Below are positions 1-9,465 of a stretch of DNA of 58,040 nt, piece by piece. Source of the DNA: Cryobacterium sp. (GTDB lineage Bacteria; Actinomycetota; Actinomycetes; Actinomycetales; Microbacteriaceae); NCBI GenBank assembly GCA_014376815.1, contig JACMQV010000018.1, forward strand, positions 1 through 58,040, written 5' to 3'. Every line of letters begins with the position of its first letter. Within the stretch, counting starts at the first letter, position 1. The translations under genes and the position numbers were made by a program. The notes below the pieces were generated by a model. That model worked only from the letters and a program-made list of their open reading frames with translations, was not told the DNA's origin and did not search any database.

Positions 1-85
1 GGCCGCCCGCGACAGACTGGTCAGTCATCCCTCCGCACGCCGGCCCTGTACTCACGCCGACCCTTGAACTCACTCTGGAGCATCC

Positions 86-379
86 ATGACCATCACCGCG
101 CATCTCGACCTTCGACTGAAGCCCGACGCCCTCGCCATCGCTCCGGCCACGCTGCGGGAGGTTCTCGCCGACACGCGGGCCTTCGACGGATGCGTGGGCG
201 TCGACGTGATCGTCGACCGTGCCGACCCGGCACACCTGATCCTGGTCGAGCGCTGGGCATCGGCAGCAGCCGACGCGCGCTATCGCGAGTGGCGCGCCGG
301 GCCTGGAGCGAGTGGCCTCGCTTCGATCCTGGCCGGTCCGCCCCAACTCACCCTGTTCGACACCGCTGAGGACATCTGA
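86..379 (+). CDS. Antibiotic biosynthesis monooxygenase (ABM) family protein
   Basis: 97 aa; 'LADTRAFDGC...LILVERWAS' pattern typical of ABM/quinol monooxygenases; GGAG RBS upstream of ATG. Confidence 0.8.
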   Translation: MTITAHLDLRLKPDALAIAPATLREVLADTRAFDGCVGVDVIVDRADPAHLILVERWASAAADARYREWRAGPGASGLASILAGPPQLTLFDTAEDI

Positions 380-424
380 GCGTCAGCGGCACCGGCGACG
401 GCCTGGGACGGTACTCGACTGCAA

Positions 425-1366
425 TCAGTACCAGTTATTGGCTTCGGAATGCGCCCACGCCGAACACGGCGTGCTGTAGCCGGCGCTGATGTAGCCGAGA
501 CCCCAGGCGATCTGAGTCGTGGCGTTGGTGGCCCAGTCGGAGCCGGCCGTCGCCATCTTGCTCCCGGGAAGGGCCTGCGGAATGCCGGTTGCGCCGCTGG
601 GGTTGTACGCCGTGTAGGACCAGCCGGACTCACGCTCCCAGAGCTGGTTCAGGCAGGAGAACTCCGAGTCGCCCCAGCCGTAGTTCGAGGCGGCCATCGC
701 TCGGGCGGTGGCGCGGGCGGCGTCGGGCGAGTTTCCCCCGCCGGACGACGGCGCGGGCGCGACAACGGCCTGGCTGGCCTGCGCGGCCGCGGCGTCAGCC
801 GCCTGCGCCGCTGCCGCTCGGGCCTGCTCGGCCGCGGCGGCTTCCGCCGCGGCCGCGGCCGCGGCAGGTGCTTCTGCTGATGCTGGAGCTGTTGCGCGGT
901 CGACCTCGGCCACGGCGGACTGGGCGGCGGCCGTCTCCGACCTGGTCTGCACGGTCAGCGAGATCACGGCGTCCGTGTCCAACTCCTCGTAGTTCCCGAG
1001 AGAAGCCACGGATGAGGCCAGCGGCGTCGCGTCAACCTTGTTCGCCATGGTGGCGATCACACCGGTGGCCTCGCTGATCGTGGATTCGGCGCGGTGGTCC
1101 GCGGTCGACTTGGCGATCGCCGAATAGACGGAGAGCTGCGCGTGACGCGCCCCTTTGCTCTGGGAGAGCTCCTTTGTTGCCGAAATGCCTTCGGCCCTGG
1201 CCGATGAAGCCTGTGCGGCTGCGGTGGCACCGATACCCGACACCAGGCCGACGACGCCCAGCACGGAGCCGGCAACGATCAAGCGGGTCTTCGTACGGTT
1301 GCGCTTTCGAGACGCGCTGGTTGCTGTGCGGCGGGACACGGGCTGAAACGGGGGGAGGGTAAGCAT
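425..1366 (-). CDS. Secreted or membrane-anchored lytic transglycosylase-like protein
   Basis: N-terminal basic stretch plus hydrophobic helix, Ala-rich linker, C-terminal 'CLNQLWERESGW...GATGIPQALPGSKM...QIAWGLGYI...PCSAWAH...WY' domain; start placed at ATG 1366 after CAGGA. Confidence 0.8.
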   Translation of the reverse strand: MLTLPPFQPVSRRTATSASRKRNRTKTRLIVAGSVLGVVGLVSGIGATAAAQASSARAEGISATKELSQSKGARHAQLSVYSAIAKSTADHRAESTISEATGVIATMANKVDATPLASSVASLGNYEELDTDAVISLTVQTRSETAAAQSAVAEVDRATAPASAEAPAAAAAAAEAAAAEQARAAAAQAADAAAAQASQAVVAPAPSSGGGNSPDAARATARAMAASNYGWGDSEFSCLNQLWERESGWSYTAYNPSGATGIPQALPGSKMATAGSDWATNATTQIAWGLGYISAGYSTPCSAWAHSEANNWY

Positions 1367-1911
1367 GAATTCCTGTGATGCGCCCCGGCACGGTAGTACC
1401 TGCAGCATCTGGATCGGCGGAACCGCGACCAGATACAGCCGGGCGAACGAAGGTGCAAGCATGTCCGGGGTTTCTGGACAAAACCTCACTTTTACCTGTC
1501 AAACCCCTCCGAGGGCCGCTTCTAAGAGCAGCTCGGATGCGTGGGAATAACCCTGCTGGGACTGTCAGCGGCGCCCCGAACCCGACTATCCTGCGTCGAG
1601 AAGCCCGACGACGAATCGATGGGGCGACCAGTGCTTTGGCTGAAGCCTCAGTGAGGTTTCGCCGACGTATGCCTCGGCGACGATGACGGCGGGCCGCTAA
1701 TCCAATACACCGGGTTGCATTGCTTGTCTAGGACTTGACCGAGAATCTGTGGATCCGTCTTGATCGGGCCTGCGGTACGCACCGCACCGCGCCCGAGGGG
1801 TTGTCAGGGCGGTGATCCCTTCCCGGCCGTCCTTGACCAGGACCAGCCCGCCATTGACGACGCTGGTGTCCTCGTCCGCGTGGAAGGCAATACCGTCCTG
1901 GTCGAGATGCG

Positions 1912-2109
1912 TCAAGCCACCTCGTACGGTCCCTCGAGAGCGCTCGTGATCGAGTCGAAGCTGCCGATCGGCTGCGTCTGGTCATTCCGAACCAGGAACC
2001 CTCGCGGCGTGCGTTGGATGATGCCGGCCAATTCATCGGTCACCTCATGACGGACTTCCCAGACCGCAGGACCAGCCTTGATGACTGAGAACAGTTGACC
2101 GTAGTTCAT
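1912..2109 (-). CDS. Small hypothetical protein (65 aa)
   Basis: ATG preceded by AAGGGA; globular-looking composition, unlike the Arg/Pro-rich shadow ORFs. Confidence 0.55.
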   Translation of the reverse strand: MNYGQLFSVIKAGPAVWEVRHEVTDELAGIIQRTPRGFLVRNDQTQPIGSFDSITSALEGPYEVA

Positions 2110-2284
2110 CGAATTCCCTTACGTTTCCAAGCGTCCCAGAAGATGTTTGCCGCGTTTGCCGCACGCCAAGCATGACTCCGTATCAGGGTGTTAAAGGGTG
2201 TCCGGTTGACGAATAAGAAATGAAAGGTGCCCACGCTGTGATGTTGGCAGTGACGCCACCATCGTCTCTGCGGGCACCGGATTC

Positions 2285-4102
2285 TTAGGGCTGTTCGGCT
2301 TGCTGGATGGCCCAGGCTGCGTTCACCAGGCCGACGTGGCTGAAAGCCTGTGGAAAGTTGCCGAGTTGCTCACCGGTGACGGAATCGATCTCCTCGGCGA
2401 GCAGCCCAACATCGTTGACGTGGCTCACGGCGTTCTCGAACACCGTGCGGGCTTCAGCGGTCCGGCCCGCGTCGGCCAGGACATGGGCCAGCCAGAAAGT
2501 GCACAGCAGGAAGGTGCCCTCGTTGCCGGTGATTCCGTCGACACCGGACTCGGTTTTGTAGCGGTAGACGAGTCCGCGTGCGTCGGTTAGCCGGTGAATG
2601 ATGGCGTCCACCGTGGACACCATCCGCGGATCGGAGGCAGGCAGGAAGCCGACGATGGGCATCATCAGCGCCGCGGCGTCGAGGTCGGGCGAATCGAAGG
2701 CTTGCGTGTACGCACCAGCCTCCTCGTTCCATCCTCTCGTGAGGATGGCGGCGCGGATTGTGGCGGCCATCGACGACCACGCGTCAACGCGGTGGGTGGC
2801 GTGCAACTGCTCAGCGAGGCTGATCGCCCGGTCGAGCGCGACCCAGCACATCAGTTTCGAGTAGAGGAAGTGCTGCGGCTCGCCGCGGACCTCCCAGATG
2901 CCATTGTCCGGCTGCTCCCACTGACGCGCGGCAGCATCGGCCAGGGCGATCAGGAACTTTCGCGTGGCCGGTTCTATTTCGCCGAGCTGCTCGCGAAGCC
3001 GGAAGGCGGCGTCGAGGAGCTCGCCGTACACGTCCAGCTGCGGCTGGTCCCAGGCTCCGTTGCCGACCCGGACCGGCCCGCTCTCGCGCCACCCGGACAG
3101 CTGCGGGAGGAGGCGCTCGGACAAATCGTGTTCACCACAGATGCCGAACATGATCTGCAGATGACGGTCGGGGCGAGAGTGCGCGGCCGCCGCGGTCATG
3201 AAGCCAAAGAATTCATGGGCCTCGTCGGGGCAGGCCGCCACCCACAGGGCCTTCATCGTGAAACTTGCGTCACGCACCCAGGAATACCGATAGTCCCAGT
3301 TCCGATCACCGCCGATCTCCTCGGGCAGGGATGTTGTGGCTGCGGCCACGATCGCGCCGGTGGGTTGATAGCTCAGCGCCTGCAATACCCGCCCCGAGTG
3401 ACGTACCAGGTCGCGCCAGGGACCGTCGTAGTTCTGATGTAGTGCGGACCAGCCCCGCCAGCTCGCAATTGTTGCGTCCAGCGCGGACTTGATCTCGCCC
3501 TGGGTGTACGCCGGAGGAAGGGGCTCGCCGAGCCGGGTGCGCTGCAGGGCGAAATACCGGTCTTCCCCGGCCTCAAGAGTGAACTGGACCCGGATCTCCC
3601 CGTTGGCGTCGACGATCGTCTCCGGCATCGACAGGGTGAGCCGGCCCGACCCGCCCGTGGCAACAGAACCGGAAACGATCTCGCTGAAGATGGGCACCAC
3701 CAGACCGTATTCCGGGCGCGGCCGATATGTCATCTCAACCACGACTCGTCCGGTGGTGCAGCGCACGCCACGGAGCAGGGTGTGCGGGGCGTGCTCGCCG
3801 AGGCGGTGCGGATCGGATGAGTCCCCCAGCTCCATGGCGTCGAGGAGTTCAAGGACGCCCGTCGCCGTCTGGAACGTGGTGCGCAGGGCCATCGTTTCGT
3901 CCACGTACTGCCGCGTTGACGTTGCTTTTTCGGTCGGCTGGATCGACCAGTGCCCGGCATCATCGTCCAGGATTGCGGCGAAGACGGATTCGCTGTCGAA
4001 TCGGGGGAAGCAGAGCCAGACCACGGACCCGTTCCGGGTCACCAGGGCAGCGGAATGCCGGTCCGACAAGAGGGCGTGGTCGGCGATCGGGAGCGCGCTC
4101 AT
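2285..4102 (-). CDS. Glycoside hydrolase family 15 (glucoamylase/trehalase-like)
   Basis: Motifs 'WLCFPRFDS', 'AAATTSLPE..GG.RNWDYRYSWVRDA', 'GIWEVR', 'GLLAEE', 'GNFPQAFSH'. Confidence 0.95.
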   Translation of the reverse strand: MSALPIADHALLSDRHSAALVTRNGSVVWLCFPRFDSESVFAAILDDDAGHWSIQPTEKATSTRQYVDETMALRTTFQTATGVLELLDAMELGDSSDPHRLGEHAPHTLLRGVRCTTGRVVVEMTYRPRPEYGLVVPIFSEIVSGSVATGGSGRLTLSMPETIVDANGEIRVQFTLEAGEDRYFALQRTRLGEPLPPAYTQGEIKSALDATIASWRGWSALHQNYDGPWRDLVRHSGRVLQALSYQPTGAIVAAATTSLPEEIGGDRNWDYRYSWVRDASFTMKALWVAACPDEAHEFFGFMTAAAAHSRPDRHLQIMFGICGEHDLSERLLPQLSGWRESGPVRVGNGAWDQPQLDVYGELLDAAFRLREQLGEIEPATRKFLIALADAAARQWEQPDNGIWEVRGEPQHFLYSKLMCWVALDRAISLAEQLHATHRVDAWSSMAATIRAAILTRGWNEEAGAYTQAFDSPDLDAAALMMPIVGFLPASDPRMVSTVDAIIHRLTDARGLVYRYKTESGVDGITGNEGTFLLCTFWLAHVLADAGRTAEARTVFENAVSHVNDVGLLAEEIDSVTGEQLGNFPQAFSHVGLVNAAWAIQQAEQP

Positions 4103-4285
4103 GCCTGCAATCCGACATCCAGATCGCCTCTGATGGCCGTGGACGCCGTCAGGTCAAGACGCGCCGCCACCGCTGCCCCCTGGGACGTGGGAAATTCGAG
4201 CCTCTCGCTCTGCCCGCTCATGTCATGTCCGTTCTGTGCGGTTATCCACTCTGCAACTGATCGCTGATCCTGGCCTGGATCTCGC

Positions 4286-4378
4286 CCCTGACGAATTCGA
4301 CGGAGATATTCCGATTCTCGGCCCGTTTGAGGCGAAAATCCGGATCCACGGGCAAAATTTCCGTCGAATGCGTCAGGG
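4286..4378. repeat. Palindromic REP/MITE-like element, copy 1
   Basis: 22-bp inverted arms CCCTGACGAATTCGACGGAGAT (4286-4307) and ATTTCCGTCGAATGCGTCAGGG (4357-4378), 2 mismatches; same core recurs at 52498-52596. Confidence 0.75.
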
Positions 4379-4536
4379 CAGTCGCGCTAGAAGCGGTTCG
4401 CCCGGTCGAACCTGGCTGGCGCGATCTTCTCGACGGATGGCTGGTCGTTCACCGCGAGCTGGCCTCGTCGGAGAGCGTACGCTGCGCCCGCTGACCGGCT
4501 TCCCTCCAGTTGGGGCAGTCCGCGATGTGCGGGATC

Positions 4537-5238
4537 TCAATTTTCATGGGTGGTCCTGACCCGGTCGGCCTCGAGTTGGGTGGCCAGTCCGCCGAGGGCG
4601 GTGATGGTGTAGTCCGGTGCCCCGAAAAAGCTGGGGTAGACCTCGTCGTTGCGATTCAGCCACGCGGTGCGGAGGCCGGCCTGGGCTGCTCCATGGATGT
4701 CCCAGGGGTGCACTGCCACGAGGAGAAGGTCGGACGGCTGGACCCCGCAGGCATCCGCGGCGTAGCCGTAGGCGGCCCGAACCGGCTTCCAGGCCGGGGC
4801 GTCCTCCACCGTGAGCAGGGCCTCGAATTCGCCTCGGAGACCCGACCTGGCCAGGAGGGCCTCGGCCACCTGCACGGATCCGTTGGAGAAGGTCACCAGG
4901 CGCACCCCCGCTCTCTTCAGTGCACGGACGCCGTCGGCAATGTCCGGGTGCAGACTCAACGTGGCGAAGCCGTCCATCACGTGGCGCACCGCGTCGTCGA
5001 CGCTGCGGGTCAGGGCCACCTCGCGGAGCATTCCCCGCAGGGTCTCGGAACCAATCGCCGAGAATTTCGCCGTTCCACCCGCAGCGGCGAGGGCGAACCC
5101 ATCCCGTAACAGCGTGGCGAACCAGACCCGCGCCAGGTAGGCCGGAGCGCCGATCTCGACGAACCGGGCGCTCAGCGGGGACATGTCGGAGAGGGTCTCA
5201 TTGACGTCGAAAACGATCACTGAGGGCGTGCTATTCAT
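4537..5238 (-). CDS. Haloacid dehalogenase type II (HAD superfamily)
   Basis: 'VIVFDVNETL', 'TFSNG', 'WKP', 'VAVHPWDIHGA..AG' motifs; ATG 5238 after AAGGA. Confidence 0.9.
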   Translation of the reverse strand: MNSTPSVIVFDVNETLSDMSPLSARFVEIGAPAYLARVWFATLLRDGFALAAAGGTAKFSAIGSETLRGMLREVALTRSVDDAVRHVMDGFATLSLHPDIADGVRALKRAGVRLVTFSNGSVQVAEALLARSGLRGEFEALLTVEDAPAWKPVRAAYGYAADACGVQPSDLLLVAVHPWDIHGAAQAGLRTAWLNRNDEVYPSFFGAPDYTITALGGLATQLEADRVRTTHEN

Positions 5239-5642
5239 AGCGGGTTCCTTAATCTGGAGTGCGATGACCATGGGGGTCGGAACCCGACCGGGGTTGCCCT
5301 CTCGCCTCCAGAATACGACTCGCGAGCCTGGCCGAGAGGGCAGCGGGCTCTCTCGAGCATCCTCGGGCTGCGATCGAGCCCGATGACGATGCCCGCCGGC
5401 CCGACGGCACACTCGCAAGCATGAGCGAACCGAGCGCCTGGACCTGGCCGGACTCGCGACACTGACTCGGCCCCGCGAGCGGCCCAAACACGCCCACGCA
5501 CGACTCAAAAAAACGGCCCACCCGACTCGCGGGGCCCACGGCAGCCATCTGATTCAGCAGGCCCCGAGTCGAGATTCGCGACCGGTAGAGCGCCGATCAG
5601 GAGGTCACTATCGTGCCGGAGACAGCCCCGTGTTGAACGCGT

Positions 5643-6401
5643 TTAGTAAACGTAGGGCTGAGCGGGCTGCTCGGTGGGGGTGACCGTGGTGGGTACGAGG
5701 GCGATGAACTCCTCGCTGTTGATGCTGGGGTTGGTGGCGAAGCCGCTTTCAATGGCCACCCAACTGTCGACCGGGTACTCGTCCTGCCAGCCGGGGTAGT
5801 AGACGGGGATGCCGACCGGCTGCGCGTCGACCGCGCAGCAGGAGACGACGAAGCGGGCCACGAAGAACACGTTCTCGGGGTCACTCGTGTCAGGCGTGAC
5901 GAAACCCGTCACGGTCGCGGTCTTGTCGGCGAAGAAATCCTCGCCGGCACCCTGGCGCAGCAGCGAGGACCAGTCCCGCACGGTGAAGGTTGAATAGTCG
6001 CCGCCGACGAGACTGCTGGCCTCTTTCTGCGTGATGATCGAGGTCGAGCCGTTGAGGTCGCGCTTGGCGACAGTGGCCGTGGTCAGGGTCGCCGGCGGCA
6101 GCACCAGCAGGCCCACGGTGGCCGAGACGATGATCAGGATGCTGCCGGCCGACCAGAGCCACGCCCAGCGTGCTCCGTCGTCACCCGGCAGCTCATGCTC
6201 ATCTTCGGCGGCGGGCACGAGGGCGAACGCGACCACGACGAGTGCGGCGGCGATCACTGCCATGACCATGGTGAACACGAAGTACCGCGGGTGGATGTAG
6301 AGGCCGAGCTGCCCACTGACCCCCAGCCAGACCGTGGCCACGATGCCCACGATGCTGAGGAGCGCGCCCTGCCAGAGCCGCAGGAGTCGTCTAAACGACA
6401 T
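5643..6401 (-). CDS. YcgQ/DUF1980-like putative permease subunit
   Basis: 'GLYIHPRY' and 'ARFVVSCCAVDAQP' motifs, N-terminal TM helices; overlaps the upstream permease stop. Confidence 0.85.
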   Translation of the reverse strand: MSFRRLLRLWQGALLSIVGIVATVWLGVSGQLGLYIHPRYFVFTMVMAVIAAALVVVAFALVPAAEDEHELPGDDGARWAWLWSAGSILIIVSATVGLLVLPPATLTTATVAKRDLNGSTSIITQKEASSLVGGDYSTFTVRDWSSLLRQGAGEDFFADKTATVTGFVTPDTSDPENVFFVARFVVSCCAVDAQPVGIPVYYPGWQDEYPVDSWVAIESGFATNPSINSEEFIALVPTTVTPTEQPAQPYVY

Positions 6402-7413
6402 AGTTGATCGCCAATCCGAGCACCGCGGAACACAGCGCCACAATCAGGGTGAGATGCACCAGGGTCTTGGCCGTGAAAGTCGTGCGCAGCAGGGCGAGCA
6501 TCTTGATGTCGATCATCGGGCCGAAGACCAGGAAGGCCACGATGGCACCCGGCATGAAGGTCGCACCGAACGAGAGGATGAAGAAGGCGTCGACGTTCGA
6601 GCAGATCGAAACCACGAAGGCCAGGGCCATCAGCGCCAGCACGGACCAGACCGGGTGGCTGCCGAGGGTCACGAGCACCTCGCGGGAGACGGCGGTCTGG
6701 ATCAGCCCGGCCAGGCCGGCGCCGATGAAGAGGGCCGGCAGCATCGCGCTGGTCTCCTTCGTGAACAGGTCGGCGCTGCGTTTGATCTTCCCGTCGGCCG
6801 TGTCGTGGTGGTCGCCGAGCGCGCAGGCATCCTGGAACCGGGGCGTGAGCAAGGACTCGGGTTTCGGATGCCGGCTGTAGATATAGCCGATCAGGTTGGC
6901 GATCAGGAAACCGCCGGCGATTCGCCAGACCAGGATGCCGCTGTCCCAGCCGAAGGCCTGCTGGGTCGTGATGATGGTCACCGGGTTGAGGATCGGAGCA
7001 GCGAAGAGGAACGTCATCGATTCGCCGACCGTGAGGCCCTTGGCGATCAAGCCGCGCGCGAGGGGCACATTGCCGCACTCGCAGACCGGCAGCAGCATGC
7101 CCAACAGCGAGAGCACGACCCGTCGTGCGGCCGGGTTCGTCGGCAGACGGCGCAGCAGGAACCCCTCCGGCAGCCAGGTCTGCACCACGATCGACAGCAC
7201 GATGCCGAGGAAGACGAACGGCAACGACTCGATCACCACGCTGATCGACAGGGTGACGAAGTCGCGGAAGGTGTCGGCCAGAGTGTCGGCCGAGGCCTCC
7301 GGCGCGAACGCGCGCAGCAGAATGACCAGGCCGATGATGACGAGGCCGACGACCAGGCCCCGACCGGGCCTCCGGCGCGCCGTGGTGGGCCGCGCTGCGG
7401 TGGTCTGACTCAT
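6391..7413 (-). CDS. YcgR/DUF318-like permease
   Basis: 'ESLPF', 'LPVCECGNVP', 'APILNP', 'SICSNVDAF', 'GPMIDIK' motifs; start 7413 chosen because TACGAT lies 6 nt upstream. Confidence 0.88.
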   Translation of the reverse strand: MSQTTAARPTTARRRPGRGLVVGLVIIGLVILLRAFAPEASADTLADTFRDFVTLSISVVIESLPFVFLGIVLSIVVQTWLPEGFLLRRLPTNPAARRVVLSLLGMLLPVCECGNVPLARGLIAKGLTVGESMTFLFAAPILNPVTIITTQQAFGWDSGILVWRIAGGFLIANLIGYIYSRHPKPESLLTPRFQDACALGDHHDTADGKIKRSADLFTKETSAMLPALFIGAGLAGLIQTAVSREVLVTLGSHPVWSVLALMALAFVVSICSNVDAFFILSFGATFMPGAIVAFLVFGPMIDIKMLALLRTTFTAKTLVHLTLIVALCSAVLGLAINYVV

Positions 7414-7476
7414 ATGCATATCGTAGTGTTCCGGATCGGTCGCGATGAGGTCAGCGGCCGGCTGATGGAGTGAGGG

Positions 7477-8937
7477 TTACACGCACCAGTCCGGGAGAAA
7501 ACCGGACACACTGCGGCTGCTGGTACCCCGGTCGAGGTCGACCAGGGTGGTCGTCATGCCGGAGAACGCGGGCATGGTCGGATAGGTGTCGCCGAGTCCG
7601 GCCTCCGGGATCGTCTCCACCGCGAGGTACTGGCCGTTCGGCGAGACGCAGAAGTCGCGCACGCGCGACGAATCGGACGCGGGCGTGAAGGCGACGCTCG
7701 AGTCGGCGGCATCGGTGAGGGCGATCAGGGAGACCAGCTGGTTACTGTCGCCGGTCTCCTGCAGGAACAGGCGGGCATAGCGCCCCTGCTCGCTGAGCAG
7801 AACGAGCTTGCCGGGGTAGGCGCTCTCGTCGAGCAGGCTGGGCGCGAGGTCGAGGGTGGTCACGGCCCCGTCGGCGAGATCGATCGTAGAGCCCCGGTCG
7901 GGGTCGGCGACGACGAGCGCGCGGGTGCCGGGCACGAACCCGCGCATCTCGTCATGCTCCCCCAGCGGGGTTAGCGCAGCGTCGCCGAGCATGTCGATCA
8001 GGAACAGGGTCTGCCCGGCGTTCTGCACGACGAGGGAGGTGCTGTCGGGCACGAACCCCAGGTCCTTCACCGTCATCGGCAGGCCGTCCACCCCGGTGAC
8101 CTCGACCGGGAGGCCCGAGTACTCGGTCAGGTCGTAGACGAAGGGGGTGCGGTCGTAGAGTCGCCCCGCCGCCTCCGCCGGGGCGCTGGTGAAGGTGTAA
8201 GCGATCAGGTTTTTTGACGGGGAGGCCGCCAGGTTCTCAATCACCCCTGCGCCCGGCACGGGGACCTGCACGTTGTCCCCGCCCGCGAACGAGACCACCT
8301 CGAGGGTGGCCGTGTCATCCTCGGCGAGCGTGACGGCGGCAAGGTGGTCCTCCAGGGCGACATACTGCTGGATGCGCGGGGCGCTGAACACGATGTCGCC
8401 GTCGCCCCGGCCCTGCAGGGTCGTGCGGCGCACGGTGTCGGGACGCTTCGCGCCAGCGTCGTCCACCCGGCTGTCGCGCTGCAGCGCGTAGATGTCGATG
8501 TCCGGGGTCGTGAACTCGTATTCCAGGGTGGAGGTGGCGTCCTGGGTGGTGCTGGCGACATCCGTCACCCTGACCGTATAAACGGTGTTGTAGCGCAGGA
8601 TGCCGGCGAACTGCACGGTGAGGGCGCGGTCGGTGACGCTCGTGGAGACCTCTGTCGCCGGGGACACCGTCACCTGGCCGGCCACGACCTCAGTCAGCGG
8701 CTGATTCGCGGTGAGCAGGAGGCGGGGATTGCCGCGCACGATGGAGGCGTCGAGGTTGATCTCGGCGGAAGCCAGCCGGGGACCCTGGCCGAAGTTGGCC
8801 ACCGCAAGGCCAGCCACCAGCAGAAAGAGCACCGCGATCGTGACCGAAAACAGCCGCCGAAAACGGCGAACGGCCAGCCGAACCGAGCACGCGGGCGCGG
8901 CGGCGGCCGGGTGTGCTGCGCTGGATTCGTGGTTCAT
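7477..8937 (-). CDS. Membrane-anchored exported protein with Ig-like domain and probable beta-propeller
   Basis: Single N-terminal TM, 'LRYNTVYTVRVT..EYEFTT' Ig-like segment, 'SPSKN'/'SPNGQYLAV' blade-like motifs; TACGAT 7 nt upstream of ATG 8937. Confidence 0.7.
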   Translation of the reverse strand: MNHESSAAHPAAAAPACSVRLAVRRFRRLFSVTIAVLFLLVAGLAVANFGQGPRLASAEINLDASIVRGNPRLLLTANQPLTEVVAGQVTVSPATEVSTSVTDRALTVQFAGILRYNTVYTVRVTDVASTTQDATSTLEYEFTTPDIDIYALQRDSRVDDAGAKRPDTVRRTTLQGRGDGDIVFSAPRIQQYVALEDHLAAVTLAEDDTATLEVVSFAGGDNVQVPVPGAGVIENLAASPSKNLIAYTFTSAPAEAAGRLYDRTPFVYDLTEYSGLPVEVTGVDGLPMTVKDLGFVPDSTSLVVQNAGQTLFLIDMLGDAALTPLGEHDEMRGFVPGTRALVVADPDRGSTIDLADGAVTTLDLAPSLLDESAYPGKLVLLSEQGRYARLFLQETGDSNQLVSLIALTDAADSSVAFTPASDSSRVRDFCVSPNGQYLAVETIPEAGLGDTYPTMPAFSGMTTTLVDLDRGTSSRSVSGFLPDWCV

Positions 8938-9066
8938 CTGGTCTATCGTACTGTGGCGCATCCGCGAGCGAGCTTGTCGCGATCGGAGTCGGAAACGGTG
9001 GTGGCCCCGCGCAGTCACGTCGGGCCACAGCCACCGGTTTGTTCAACCGTGTGCAATAATTTGCGT

Positions 9067-9465
9067 ATGAATGCAGATACGGACGGTTGCACCCTGGATA
9101 CCGACAGTGAGTATGTCGAGTTGGCCGTGGAGGTCTTCACGATGCTCGCCGACGCCACCCGGATTCGCATCATTCTCGCGTTGCGCGATTCGGAACTGTC
9201 GGTGAACCAGCTGGCGGAGACCGTCAACAAGTCCCAGGCTGCCGTGTCACAGCATTTGGCGAAGTTGCGCCTGGCTCGCATCGTGATCACCCGGCGCGAG
9301 GGCACCCGGGTGTTCTATCGCCTCGCGAACGAGCACGCCCGCCAGCTCGTCGCCGCCGCCATCTTCCAGGCCGAGCACGCCCTCGATGGCATCCCTGCCC
9401 ACCACCTCCACCCGCACAACACCGCCATCCCCAGCACGGAGCGCAAGGTTGACGCGCATGCTTGA
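9067..9465 (+). CDS. ArsR/SmtB metalloregulator, KmtR-like (Ni/Co sensor)
   Basis: 'VEVFTMLADATRIRI...VSQHLAKLR...FYRLANEH...AEH..GIPAHH' closely recalls M. tuberculosis KmtR, including its C-terminal His/Glu ligands. Confidence 0.88.
   Translation: MNADTDGCTLDTDSEYVELAVEVFTMLADATRIRIILALRDSELSVNQLAETVNKSQAAVSQHLAKLRLARIVITRREGTRVFYRLANEHARQLVAAAIFQAEHALDGIPAHHLHPHNTAIPSTERKVDAHA

Noticed and set aside
750-930. GCC/GCG-rich quasi-repeat
   Set aside because: Explained by the poly-Ala linker of the transglycosylase
1575-1590. CCCGAACCCGAC, resembling part of the c-di-AMP riboswitch
   Set aside because: It is on the strand opposite the transglycosylase gene and the other conserved blocks are absent
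1697-1915. 72-aa minus-strand ORF overlapping the stop of the 65-aa gene
   Set aside because: Could be a gene fragment, but no recognisable family and the C-terminal half looks non-coding
8344-9066. Long N-terminal extension of the ArsR ORF
   Set aside because: Antisense shadow of the Ig-like gene; the ArsR domain and -10 box point to ATG 9067
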